Notes: generated by a model not told the origin, from the letters alone. 64,000 nt of DNA from an uncultured Acidobacteriaceae bacterium (GCA_963799445.1 CAWCXX010000044.1:11989-75988), one strand, 5' to 3'; shown: positions 21,398 through 33,567, counted from the stretch's first letter. Numbers and translations are program-made.

Positions 21398-22915
21398 CTA
21401 CAGCAATTTGTCCAGCCGCAGCTGCAACCTCGATGCGGGATAGTAATCGGGGTCTATCTCCAGCGCTGCTAGAACGTCTTCGTACGCCATGGGGATGTCG
21501 CCGATTGCCGCCTTTGACTCGGCCCTGTGCACATACACGCGCGGGTTTGACCTAAGGTTCAGTGAGGATGTGAAGTCTGCGATTGCGCCCTGCGCATCGT
21601 TAAGGCAGCTCTTGGCGAAGCCTCTGACGTCGAAAAGCCTGTGCTTAATGCCCGCGTCCTGAGCAGATTCCAGGCCTCGATTGGCAGCTTGTATTGCCTC
21701 TCCGTACTGACCCTTCCGGTTCAGCGCAAAGCCGAGATTTGCGTTGGCGCCGGCATATCTCGGATCTTTGTCGAGGGCCTTTCGATAAAGACGAATTGCG
21801 CCGTCCCAATCATTGTTCCGTGTGCGTTCAAAACCCATTGCGTTTAGTTGCTCGGCGGTTTCCTCGGCTAGTTCTGAGCCGGGCTCAGCCTGCAAAGCCA
21901 AACCTGCTGGCGACAGCGGGTTCCCGCATTGGCCGCAATACAGATTACTTTTGGGGTTTGAAGAGGTGCATCTCCTGCACTGAACCGAATCGTCCTTTGA
22001 CAGCAGAGTCAATGGTTCCACGAGACTCTGATACCTGACCAACTTGTCCTTTTGGAGAAGGCGATGCAAAACCTCGGCAAGTACGGGATTCAGCGGCTTG
22101 CCGCCCCAGCCTAGCGGTTTCGGACACGGATAATTCTTGTCGCCGATCAATTCCTTGACAGCGAGGACCCCAGACGGATGATTGAAAGGGTGATGACCGG
22201 TGAGCAGAAGGTATGCAACGATTCCGGCCGACATAATGTCGGTCTGGTGATTCAGCTCCTCGCCAGATGCCTGTTCGTATGACATGTAATACGGGGTTCC
22301 CGTCCAGGCTAGGCCGTCCGCTGGATTCTTCAGCCCCTCCTCGAACATCGCTTTGGCCAGACCGAAGTCCGCAAGCTTAACCGTCCCGAGCTTGGAGATG
22401 AGAATGTTAGATGGCTTGATGTCGCGGTGATACAGGCCAGAGGAGTGTGCAAAAATCAGACCTTCGAGCATCTGCTTGATGTAATCAAGGGCCTCGTCTT
22501 GGTCGATCCAGGTATTTTGTTTCGCGTGCTGCCTGAGCTGGTCATTTAGTGTTCCCCCGTCGACGTACTCCATTGCGAGGAAGCCCTCTCCTCCCACGCT
22601 GAATGTTTCATAGACCTGAACGATGTTCTTGTGGCCTGTGAGCTTTTTGACCTTTTCGGCCTCCGCGATTAGCGCCTCTGCCAATCTTGAGGAGTTGCCA
22701 TGTTGCGGGATAAGCCTCTTGATTGCAACGTCTCGATTCTGGTCTTTGTCTGTTGCCCTCCAGACGGTTGCATAGCTCCCAACCCCACAAAGCTCTGCAA
22801 TAACATATCGTCCGTGCAGTTCAACTCCCTTTTTGAGTTCCAGCGGAGCCGTCCGCTGACTGCCTACCTCAGGCCACGTACTACCCATTTCGCCGCCCTC
22901 CACAATTAACGTCAA
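21398..22915 (-). CDS. Hanks-type Ser/Thr protein kinase with zinc ribbon and TPR repeats
   Basis: GVGSYATV, VAIK, HRDIKPSN, DFG, GTPYYMSYE; CRRC..CGQCG ribbon; TPR-like repeats; atypical codon usage. Confidence 0.9.
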   Translation of the reverse strand: MTLIVEGGEMGSTWPEVGSQRTAPLELKKGVELHGRYVIAELCGVGSYATVWRATDKDQNRDVAIKRLIPQHGNSSRLAEALIAEAEKVKKLTGHKNIVQVYETFSVGGEGFLAMEYVDGGTLNDQLRQHAKQNTWIDQDEALDYIKQMLEGLIFAHSSGLYHRDIKPSNILISKLGTVKLADFGLAKAMFEEGLKNPADGLAWTGTPYYMSYEQASGEELNHQTDIMSAGIVAYLLLTGHHPFNHPSGVLAVKELIGDKNYPCPKPLGWGGKPLNPVLAEVLHRLLQKDKLVRYQSLVEPLTLLSKDDSVQCRRCTSSNPKSNLYCGQCGNPLSPAGLALQAEPGSELAEETAEQLNAMGFERTRNNDWDGAIRLYRKALDKDPRYAGANANLGFALNRKGQYGEAIQAANRGLESAQDAGIKHRLFDVRGFAKSCLNDAQGAIADFTSSLNLRSNPRVYVHRAESKAAIGDIPMAYEDVLAALEIDPDYYPASRLQLRLDKLL

Positions 22916-22946
22916 TGCGATTCGGCAGAAAGTTTAGCACCTTCCC

Positions 22947-23465
22947 CTATGCTCGGCCGGTCTTGTTCAGTTCCTTGTAAAATCCCAAATCTTTTTGAGT
23001 GAGGTTCTTGGCGATATAGAGAATTTGTCCGTAGTGCATCCCGAAGTGCTCCACCACATGATAGACGGCACCCAGGCCGTGCGTGCGGTGCCCCTGAATC
23101 TCGCACGGAGCCAGCAACTCGTCAACGGTAAGACGTTCAAGCACCTTGCCGGCTTCGTCGAGCGTAGCTCCGAGCCGAGCCAGGAGCTCAACGGCTCTGA
23201 GCCCGCTTTGCGCAGCGAACTCCGCCGGCCGGTCGCGCTTGTCTTCATCCTTGTTAAACGAAGCCACCAGCCATTGGCCCACGTTGCCGTTCAAATGCAG
23301 CAGCAGGTTGCCGATGCTGTTGCTCGCGTCGTTGGGCCGCCACCAGATCTGCTCCGTAGTGAGCGGAGAGACTGTCTCGCGGAGGCGCGGCCAGTACTCG
23401 CCCAACAGCGTCTTCCGCGAGGATTCCAGAAACAGCGCGGCGAGTTCAGCGTTTTTATCAGCCAT
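22947..23465 (-). CDS. DinB-superfamily protein
   Basis: NSIGNLLLHL..N, HVVEHFGMHYGQI His triad. Confidence 0.85.
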   Translation of the reverse strand: MADKNAELAALFLESSRKTLLGEYWPRLRETVSPLTTEQIWWRPNDASNSIGNLLLHLNGNVGQWLVASFNKDEDKRDRPAEFAAQSGLRAVELLARLGATLDEAGKVLERLTVDELLAPCEIQGHRTHGLGAVYHVVEHFGMHYGQILYIAKNLTQKDLGFYKELNKTGRA

Positions 23466-23513
23466 CGGAAACCTACCCTCACTGGCCCGTCTCGGTATGA
23501 TGCGGGCGCCAGG

Positions 23514-23930
23514 CTAAATCAGCTCGCAGCCCGCGAACCAATAGCCGATCTCGAAGGCGGCTGTGTCTTCCGCATCGGAGCCGTGGATGGCGTTCTCCTG
23601 GATGGAGCTGGCGAACTTCTTGCGGATGGTACCCTGCTCGGCGTTGGCGGGGTTGGTGGCGCCCATCAGCTTGCGCAGATCGGCAATCGCGTTGTCACCC
23701 TCCAAAACCATGAGGATGATCGGACCGGAAGACATGAAGGTTGTCAGATCGTCAAAGAACGGCCGCTCGCGATGGACGGCGTAAAAGCCCTCGGCTGCGC
23801 GCTTTGAGACGAAATCTTTCTTGATGGCGACGATGCGGAAACCGGCCTTATCAATCTCGGCCAGAATGGCGCCGGCCACGCCGTTTCGGACAGCGTCCGG
23901 CTTAATGATGCTCAATGTGCGTTGCGCCAC
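23514..23930 (-). CDS. ndk: Nucleoside diphosphate kinase
   Basis: [26 protein letters not shown]. Confidence 0.97.
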   Translation of the reverse strand: MAQRTLSIIKPDAVRNGVAGAILAEIDKAGFRIVAIKKDFVSKRAAEGFYAVHRERPFFDDLTTFMSSGPIILMVLEGDNAIADLRKLMGATNPANAEQGTIRKKFASSIQENAIHGSDAEDTAAFEIGYWFAGCELI

Positions 23931-24232
23931 TTGAGTGTTGCTCCTTTGGAATGATTTATTCAGAATTTTATAGTATTGGAGGGCGTTCGACTCGGTCTGC
24001 TCAGTCTGCGCAGAGCCATTTCTTCCATCTTCCGAGGCGTTTTTCCCTCGTTGGTTACCTTAGTACACTGTCCGATGGAGCAGGCCCATATCCCCCAAAA
24101 GAGGTATTTCAGAGCCGTTTTTCCAGTACACAAGTGCCTTGTTTTCTGCTAAAAATAGAAGGTAGATAAAAGGGCTCAGGGACCGGCCACCAGAATACTG
24201 GTAACCGAAAAGTACGAATGTAAGGATCGATC

Positions 24233-24751
24233 ATGACGTTTCCCGTGCTCCAAATTGCGGTTCTGATTGCGATTGCCTTTTATCTTGCGCGTTGGCGCAA
24301 GAGCGTGCGGCGCCGCAATTCGCAAACCTGGGAGACTTTGGTGGCTCGCCTCCGCTCTGAATGGAGCGCGCGCGAGTTAAGCGATCACTTCCTTTGGCAG
24401 GAAGGTTTGAGCGCCACGCCGGAAGACGCCTGGCGGCGCATGGAGGGCCCGAAAGGCCTCTGGGTAATGTATCAGAATGCGCGAGTGATGCTGGAGATGG
24501 CGGATTACGCCGCAAAGCATTGCGAAGGCGTCGATCGCCTGCTGATTGAAACGCTGCACAGCGACGCCATGCAGATTCGCGTCTGCGTCCTCATGGCCCT
24601 GTCGCAATACGCTTTCACGCAGGCCAGCGAAGGAGTTCGCGTGAATGCCTTCCGCGCCGCTGCAATGTACACCGGCATGGCCGCTCGCACGACCCAGTTG
24701 CTGCAAGAATACGCAGCCGGCATGGTCCCTGATTTCGTGGCGGCTATGTAA
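24233..24751 (+). CDS. Hypothetical protein: N-terminal TM anchor plus helical cytoplasmic domain
   Basis: 172 aa, AAGGA RBS, hydrophobic residues ~3-20 followed by RWRKSVRRR (positive-inside). Confidence 0.8.
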   Translation: MTFPVLQIAVLIAIAFYLARWRKSVRRRNSQTWETLVARLRSEWSARELSDHFLWQEGLSATPEDAWRRMEGPKGLWVMYQNARVMLEMADYAAKHCEGVDRLLIETLHSDAMQIRVCVLMALSQYAFTQASEGVRVNAFRAAAMYTGMAARTTQLLQEYAAGMVPDFVAAM

Positions 24752-24773
24752 TCCGGCTTCCTCCGTCCACATG

Positions 24774-24803
24774 GACCCCGGCTCCGGCCGGGGTTCTTCC
24801 TTT
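24774..24803 (+). terminator. Intrinsic terminator; insertion site of the group IIC intron
   Basis: gaccccggc-tccg-gccggggttc followed by ttccttt. Confidence 0.75.
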
Positions 24804-25070
24804 ATGTGCCGAGCATGTTTAACAGCTTGGGTGTGCAAGTCCCCTTCACATTCTGATGGAGGAGAAGTGATAGCGAAGCGCAAGGGGCCACTGCGAGGTG
24901 GGTCCTGAAAGCAGCGCGGAGCAAAGATGCGAGCCGATGAACAAGAACCGAAGATGAGGCATGCGGCGCCGGACGAGCGCGCAGATGACTGCGAAGTCCA
25001 CATCCATCAAAGGCGCTGGTTGTAAATCCGGCGGCCGCGCGTTGAGGGCGGTTGAACTTACCTCGCGAGG

Positions 25071-25834
25071 CTGCGTTATGCGGACGACTGCAACATCTAC
25101 GTTCGCAGCCGTGCGGCAGGGGAGCGGCTGAAGCGGAGCATCACTGGCTTCATCACGCGAAGGCTCAAGCTCAAGGTCAGCGAACAGAAGAGTGCAGTGG
25201 CTCGACCGGCGGAACGCAAGTTCCTCGGCTTCAACCTGACCCACGCACAGAACCCGAAGCGGCGTATTGCCGCCAAGGCCGTGATGCGGTTCAAGCGGAA
25301 GGTGCGGGAGCTATAGCAAAACCAGAGATGCTGTAACCCGAAGCCGCTGCACTTAAGTCGCCGCGACCCCAAGGAGCGGCGACCTTCAAAAAAAGCTGAT
25401 TGGGGACACCTTCTCTGGTTTTGCCGTAAGGAGCGGCGACCTTCAAAGAAAGCTGAATGGGGCACACCTTCTCTGGTTTTGCCGTAACGGGCCGGACACG
25501 GAGTATCATCATCGAGCAGATGACGAAGGAACTGGCCAGCTATTTACTTGGTTGGAAGAGTTACTTCAGCTTCTGCGAAACGCCCTCGGTGCTGGAGCGG
25601 CTGGACCAATGGATACGGCGCAGGCTGCCATCCGCGGTCTGGAAACAAAGGAAACGCGGACCAGTGCGGTTCAACAAGCTGTGTGCACAAGGGGTGAACA
25701 AGGACCTGGCCGCCAAAACCGCTGGGAGTGCTCACCGTCCATGGCACACCCCCAACCGCCGCGGCCTGAGCTCTGCGTTTCCTATCGCCTACTTCGACGC
25801 GCTTGGAGTTTCAAGGTTGTTCGCTGCTCCATAG
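25071..25834 (+). pseudogene. Group II intron RT/maturase C-terminal fragment, interrupted by a MITE
   Basis: RT0-4 missing; frameshifts; 171-bp insertion between ...VREL and TGRTR.... Confidence 0.85.
25314..25484. mobile_element. TA-flanked MITE/ERIC-like element (copy 3) with ~57-bp tandem duplication of its right end
   Basis: TA|tagcaaaaccagaga ... tctctggttttgccg|TA; TGTA at +19; removing it plus one TA restores GAG CTA ACG GGC (E-L-T-G) in frame; duplicated unit starts at 25371 and 25428. Confidence 0.85.
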
Positions 25835-25944
25835 CCACCCTCCCAACCGCCGGATGAGGACCCGCATGTCCGGTGGCGTGGCAGGCGAGAAGAGACGACT
25901 CTCCCCTACGCCGATTTCTATTCCATTTAGCTTTTTCCTGTCTT

Positions 25945-26826
25945 TTACGTCTCCGATTCCCGTCTGCTCATATTCCGGGCAAGCACCTTCTCCACAACGC
26001 GCTCCACATCGGAGAGGAAGAAGCTGTTCGTGGGCTGCTGCACAGCAACTTTTGTGCCCGTGTGGCCCAGTGCTGAGGCGATCTCGTTCCACCGGTAAAT
26101 GGCCGAGCTTGCCGGCATCACCACTGGCCTGGGGGTCGGCTCCGGCAGGAAGCAGTAAATCAGCCAGACTGCCAGCGCTGCCAGCAGTAACGACTCCCCG
26201 ACGAACTGCACCGGGTCGTTGACCGATGTAATGTGGGAACTCCAGGAGGAAGCGATGAAATCGCCCGCCGACATGATGCCAAAAGTGAGGGCAATTCCAA
26301 AGGCCATGTCGCGCACCGACAGGCGCAATGCATTCATACTCAGGCCAAGGAAGGCAAGCAGGCAGAGCTCAAGCACGCTTACCGAGCGCATCAACCCATA
26401 TGAAATATCGTACATAATCAACAGGCCATTTTTCGGGTAAGTGGTCGAGGTCAGGCTCACAATCACTGACACCACCGCGGCCCAGCGAAAGACCACGATT
26501 CCGATTCTCATAATCCCCGGGAATGGTGCAAGCGCGGAGCGGAAGACCTCAATGCAAATGAAGTACAGTAACACAGTACTCGCCAGATAAATTGCAAAAT
26601 AGCCGTAGACGTAAAAGTGGAGGATGTGATGACTCCGCCCCCACGGCAGAGCCGCGGTTCGGAGTACGGTCAGCAAGAACACTGTGGACACAGCGCGCAA
26701 TGTCAGGTAAACGCTGGTCGCCGGGAAGCGGCGACGCAACCCTTTCTTCCAAAAGAGGAACGCGAGCGCGGCCCACAAAAGAAATTCGACCGCGCTCATC
26801 GCCGACATTGCGAAGTTCAAAAGCAT
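25945..26826 (-). CDS. Orphan ~7-TM integral membrane protein with ~65-aa C-terminal tail
   Basis: Seven hydrophobic segments by eye (approx. residues 5-27, 36-55, 70-95, 107-128, 140-165, 175-195, 207-227), then PEP linker and RWNEIA..LSDVERVVEKVL helices. Confidence 0.8.
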   Translation of the reverse strand: MLLNFAMSAMSAVEFLLWAALAFLFWKKGLRRRFPATSVYLTLRAVSTVFLLTVLRTAALPWGRSHHILHFYVYGYFAIYLASTVLLYFICIEVFRSALAPFPGIMRIGIVVFRWAAVVSVIVSLTSTTYPKNGLLIMYDISYGLMRSVSVLELCLLAFLGLSMNALRLSVRDMAFGIALTFGIMSAGDFIASSWSSHITSVNDPVQFVGESLLLAALAVWLIYCFLPEPTPRPVVMPASSAIYRWNEIASALGHTGTKVAVQQPTNSFFLSDVERVVEKVLARNMSRRESET

Positions 26827-26951
26827 AGAGACCGACTCAGATTCTAAGGACGCCCTTAGAATAGCGCCAATCTGCCTTATTGCTCAAATACCAAAGGGTA
26901 ACGCGCTGCTAGCACTTTCGTGCTATGCAGGGCTCTTTGCAACGCACCCTC

Positions 26952-27149
26952 TTACCGGTTCGACGGGGAGGAAACGAGGCAGCTATCGGTAAAGGCACAC
27001 GGCGGAGGATACGGAAGCATCGGCCCGGGATCGCTCACGGCAACCGGCATGTGGGCTGGAAGGGCGCGCGATGGCGGCGCAGAGAAGGATGCGGAAACAA
27101 GGCCGGTGAAGGCTACGAACAGTGCAAAAATGCGAATTGCGGCTTTCAT
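26952..27149 (-). CDS. Small secreted Pro-rich peptide with Cys pair (65 aa)
   Basis: GAGG RBS; MKAAIRIFALFVAFTGLVSASFS (Sec-type signal) + APPSRALPAHMPVAVSDPGPMLPYPPPCAFTDSCLVSSPSNR. Confidence 0.65.
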   Translation of the reverse strand: MKAAIRIFALFVAFTGLVSASFSAPPSRALPAHMPVAVSDPGPMLPYPPPCAFTDSCLVSSPSNR

Positions 27150-27463
27150 CTTTGGTAACCTCATGAATTACAATGTGAAAGGGAATCGCTCCCACTTTCC
27201 GGCAGAATCGTATCTCGATTTTATAAATAAGTCTATCTTTTTCATTGATATAACCAACTAGAATGGGGTGTGGTTACTATCGTCACTTTATATCATAGCC
27301 TATACCCCCTTGGTAACCCGTTTTGCGCTTTCGCCGCGTCCTGCCGCCACCCCCTCCCGCATGCTAAAATCAGCTCAGGCAAGCACGCTTGAGAGTCCCC
27401 TCTTTTTTCAAGTGGTTAGTCCCGCCGCAGCGTCCGGAATCGGCCCCGGTTGACCCTCGATAG

Positions 27464-30145
<2,682 letters not shown>

Positions 30146-30200
30146 AGTCGGCGCCGCGTGGTTTTGCAATGACCGGTACGTAGCAGCCTCCAGGCCGCCT

Positions 30201-30225
30201 GTAGTGCGGGCGTCCACGCCTGCAC
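30201..30225 (+). repeat. GTAG-type REP-like palindrome between convergent genes
   Basis: GTAG-tgcgggcgtccacgcctgcac. Confidence 0.4.
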
Positions 30226-30331
30226 TTGTCGAAAGATCATTGCCAACCTACGAAATCAGAGCACCAGAGTCTGTTTTGCTCGGCGTGCAATCCCGCGCAC
30301 TTGCACCCATGTGGGCCCGCACTCACGCCCC

Positions 30332-31357
30332 TCACCTGCCTCTGACCGTCCCCCTGCCATCTATCTTCACCTCGTACATGCGCGCGTCGGCGGTGCCGAT
30401 TATGGCGTGCACCGTCTTGCCGTCGTCCGGCGCCGTCGCCAGGCCCACGCTGGCGCTCACTCTCAGGCGCAATCCGTTCTCCATCTCAAATTCCGTCTCC
30501 ATCAACGCGTCATGCAGCGCCGTGGCCAGCTCCATTGCGGCCCTGGCGCCGGTCTCCGGCATCAGGATGACGAATTCGTCGCCGCCATAGCGGAAACACA
30601 GGTCCTGCTTGCGGCTCAAATCGCGCAGCCGGCAGCCGGTGTTCCGCAGCAGCCCACTGCCGACAAGGTGCCCATGCGCGTCGTTCACCAGCTTGAATCG
30701 GTCCAGATCCAAAAACGCCAGGCTCACCGGCACTCTTCGCCGGCTCCACCGCAATAGCTCGCGGTCCAGCACATCGTAAAGATGGCGTGCGTTGTAAAGG
30801 CCGGTGCAGTCGTCGGTGATGGTCAATTGCTGGATGCTGGTGACGTCGTGCGCGTTCTCGATTGCGATGGCCGCGTGATCGGCCAGAATGTGCAGCATGG
30901 CAATTGTGTAATCGGTCATCTGCTCGGCGCGTGGGTTGAAGATTTCGATTGCGCCGCACGCGCCTTTGCGTCCTCGCAAGGGCATGGCGATCACCGAGCG
31001 CGCCTTCTGCGGCCCCGCAGCCTGCTCCTCGCTCAACCGCAGGTCGTCAACGGTCTCCGGAACGATCAGCGTCTCGCCGTGCTCCACCACCCAGCCAGCC
31101 ACGCCTTCGCCCACCTTTACGCGCAGGTTCTTCAGCGCCTCGTGCTTGCCGCCGGCAGCGATGGCATAGTAAAGCTCCTGGCGCTCATCGTCCAGCATCA
31201 GCAGCGCCCACATCTCGGCCTCCACAATCCGCTCCATGTGCTCCAGGATGGTGCGCAGAATGGTGTCCAGGTCGAAGCTCGAGGTTAGCGAGCGCGCCAG
31301 TTGGTGGAAGACAAGCAGATCGGCGAGCGGGATGCGCCCTTCCGTCTTATTTGGCAT
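30332..31357 (-). CDS. GAF-GGDEF diguanylate cyclase
   Basis: GAF (GEGVAGWV), TDDCTGLYN, DLDRFKLVNDAHGH, FRYGGDEF. Confidence 0.93.
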   Translation of the reverse strand: MPNKTEGRIPLADLLVFHQLARSLTSSFDLDTILRTILEHMERIVEAEMWALLMLDDERQELYYAIAAGGKHEALKNLRVKVGEGVAGWVVEHGETLIVPETVDDLRLSEEQAAGPQKARSVIAMPLRGRKGACGAIEIFNPRAEQMTDYTIAMLHILADHAAIAIENAHDVTSIQQLTITDDCTGLYNARHLYDVLDRELLRWSRRRVPVSLAFLDLDRFKLVNDAHGHLVGSGLLRNTGCRLRDLSRKQDLCFRYGGDEFVILMPETGARAAMELATALHDALMETEFEMENGLRLRVSASVGLATAPDDGKTVHAIIGTADARMYEVKIDGRGTVRGR

Positions 31358-31484
31358 CTTTGAACCTTGCGGGAGAGAGTCTTTCCATCATTCTGCCACA
31401 CTGTCCTGTGCGCGCGCGGCAGCTTAACACTTATGTGTCACCTTCTTTAGGATCAGTGAACCCGTATGCAACGCGGCTGTTCAC

Positions 31485-32522
31485 TCACCCGCCGATGTGC
31501 ACCATCGACCGCGACGGTTTCAGGAATCCCGGCTCCCCGATATGATGCCGGGCCTCTTTCTGTTGCACGGTACCCACAATATAGGTGCGGAGTTCCTCGT
31601 CGCTGGCGCCGGTTCGCAAGCGCCCGTAGAGATCGTGCTCCACCTGGGAAAAGAGGCAGGTGCGAATCTTGCCGTCGGAAGTCAGCCTGAGGCGGCTGCA
31701 CGCGCCGCAAAAGGCCTGGCTCACGGGCGCGATGATGCCAATCTCGCCCACGCCGTCCTCAAAGGTGTAGCGCCGCGCCGTTTCGCTTGGCTCGCGCGGC
31801 GGCAACTCCACCAGCTTCAGTGTCCGGCCGATGCGTTCCACGATCTCTTTGAGCGTAACGACGATCTCAGGCGTCCAAAGCCGGCCCTCCTCCAGAGGCA
31901 TAAACTCGATAAATCGAACCACCACGTTCTCTTCGCGCGCAAAACGGGCAAATCCTTCAATCTGATCGTCATTGAATCCGCGCAGCAGCACGCAGTTGAT
32001 CTTGAGCGGCGTCAAACCGGCGGCGCGGGCGGCGCGAATGCCCGCGAGCACGATGGGAAAGCTACCCTGGACTCGAGTGATCCGCTCGAAGACCGGCGCG
32101 TCAACGGCATCCATGCTCACCGTCACCCGGTTTAGCCCCGCCGCCTTGAGCGGAACGGCAAGCGACTCCAGCAGATGGCCGTTAGTGGTCATGGCCAGAT
32201 CCAGCGGCTCGCCGCCCAGCGTGCGTAGCCGCGCCAGTTCCTGCACCAATTCCACCACCCTGCGCCGCAAAAGCGGCTCCCCGCCCGTCAGCCGCACCTT
32301 CGTGATTCCCAGGCCCACGAAAATCCCGATCAGCCGCAGGTATTCATCGATTCCCAGCTCCGGATACTGAGCCCCCACTTCGCCCGTCCGGCAATACACG
32401 CATTTGTAGTTGCAGCGGTCGGTGATGGAGACGCGCAGATCGTGAATCACACGCCCATGGCTGTCCGTAAGCGGAGGGTGCTGCGCCAGCGCGGGAGATG
32501 CGGGAGGGGAAGGAGTAACCAT
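31485..32522 (-). CDS. moaA: GTP 3',8-cyclase MoaA
   Basis: LRVSITDRCNYKCVYC, LTGGEP, FCGACSRLRL..C, C-terminal IGG. Confidence 0.96.
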   Translation of the reverse strand: MVTPSPPASPALAQHPPLTDSHGRVIHDLRVSITDRCNYKCVYCRTGEVGAQYPELGIDEYLRLIGIFVGLGITKVRLTGGEPLLRRRVVELVQELARLRTLGGEPLDLAMTTNGHLLESLAVPLKAAGLNRVTVSMDAVDAPVFERITRVQGSFPIVLAGIRAARAAGLTPLKINCVLLRGFNDDQIEGFARFAREENVVVRFIEFMPLEEGRLWTPEIVVTLKEIVERIGRTLKLVELPPREPSETARRYTFEDGVGEIGIIAPVSQAFCGACSRLRLTSDGKIRTCLFSQVEHDLYGRLRTGASDEELRTYIVGTVQQKEARHHIGEPGFLKPSRSMVHIGG

Positions 32523-32670
32523 CGGCAATCTCAAGACTATACCCTTTTTGGTGCTTCTTGAAGGGCCGCAGGTGCGGCTGCCTCTGCAAACACCCCCCTG
32601 AATCGAAGCGATACGATGAAAGAGCGAGCTCCGCTCGCGGCTTCTTGACCTCAACGAGGGAAACCGAAAC

Positions 32671-33462
32671 ATGCCGGCAACAGGAGCCAGACCAGCGGGC
32701 GCGGCGGACGAAGCCGGCGCGGCGCATGCCGTGCGGCAGATGTTCGACTCCATCGCGCCCCGCTATGACCTGCTGAATCATCTGCTTTCAGCCAACGTCG
32801 ACCGGCTGTGGTGGCGAAGGACGGCGCGCAGGTTCCGGGCGGTGCTGGCCCGGCCCGAGGCGGCCATTCTGGACATCTGCTGCGGTACGGGCGATTTGAC
32901 GATGGCGCTGCTCAAGCTGCGCCCATCGGGCGCGCGGCCGGTTCTCGCCGCGGACTTTGCGCGGGGCATGTTGCGCCTCGGAGCGCGGAAATTCGGCGAA
33001 CAGGCTTTGCGCAAGCCTGGCGGCAGCGTGCGTAAACTCGAAGCGCCCTACGCAGTCCCGCTCGAAGCCGATGCGCTCCATCTGCCGCTCCGCGCGGAAT
33101 CGCTCGATTTGATTGTCACCGCCTTTGGATTCCGCAATCTGGCCAACTATGAGGCTGGTCTCAAAGAGTTCCACCGCACGTTGAAGCCGGGCGGCCAGTT
33201 GGGGATCCTGGAGTTCAGCGAGCCGGGCGGTCTTGTAGGCAAAGCCTATGCGCTGTATTTCCGTCGCATGCTGCCGGCCATTGGAAGACTGATCTGCGGC
33301 AAGGATGGCCCCTACAATTACCTGCCAACCTCCGTTGGCAGTTTCCCGCCGCCCAACCAGATGCTGCAAATGATGCAATCCGCTGGGTTTGTGGACTGCG
33401 CCTGGCAGCCCTACACCTTCGGAATTGCCGGGTTGTACACCGCTGTCCGGCCTTACACCTGA
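32671..33462 (+). CDS. ubiE: UbiE/MenG demethylmenaquinone methyltransferase
   Basis: MFDSIAPRYDLLNHLLS, LDICCGTGD, AFGFRN, LKPGG..ILEFS. Confidence 0.92.
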   Translation: MPATGARPAGAADEAGAAHAVRQMFDSIAPRYDLLNHLLSANVDRLWWRRTARRFRAVLARPEAAILDICCGTGDLTMALLKLRPSGARPVLAADFARGMLRLGARKFGEQALRKPGGSVRKLEAPYAVPLEADALHLPLRAESLDLIVTAFGFRNLANYEAGLKEFHRTLKPGGQLGILEFSEPGGLVGKAYALYFRRMLPAIGRLICGKDGPYNYLPTSVGSFPPPNQMLQMMQSAGFVDCAWQPYTFGIAGLYTAVRPYT

Positions 33463-33567
33463 TTAGGAATTGGTGTATGGCGAGTTGATGCTCAATAATG
33501 CCGTTTTCTTTAGTAAAACGGCACCCCGCACATTCTCGGATTCCTCACGTGAATTCCTAATCCGGTC
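33456..33567. mobile_element. MITE/ERIC-like element (copy 4, 112 bp)
   Basis: TA|cacctgattaggaatt ... aattcctaatccggtc; TGTA at +19; central tgccgttttctttagtaaaacggca; contains the ubiE stop. Confidence 0.8.

Larger units (their letters stand above)
24804..25915 (+). mobile_element. Degenerate group IIC intron (internal deletion; RT/maturase remnant)
   Basis: 5' end atgtgccgagcatg...gggtgtgcaagtccc resembles IIC starts; RT remnant RYADDCNIYV (YADD 25077-25088), KFLGF, maturase GWKSYF..LDQWIRRRL; domain V aaccgccggatgaggacccgcatgtccggtggcgtgg (CGC triad) at ~25845; ends cctacgccgat. Confidence 0.88.

Noticed and set aside
25071..25834. Retron, DGR or defence-type reverse transcriptase
   Set aside because: The YADD fragment is followed by a maturase domain and group II DV/DVI; no template/variable repeat pair or msr-msd was seen.
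25945..26826. Microbial rhodopsin
   Set aside because: There is no Lys in the seventh helix and no rhodopsin helix C motif.
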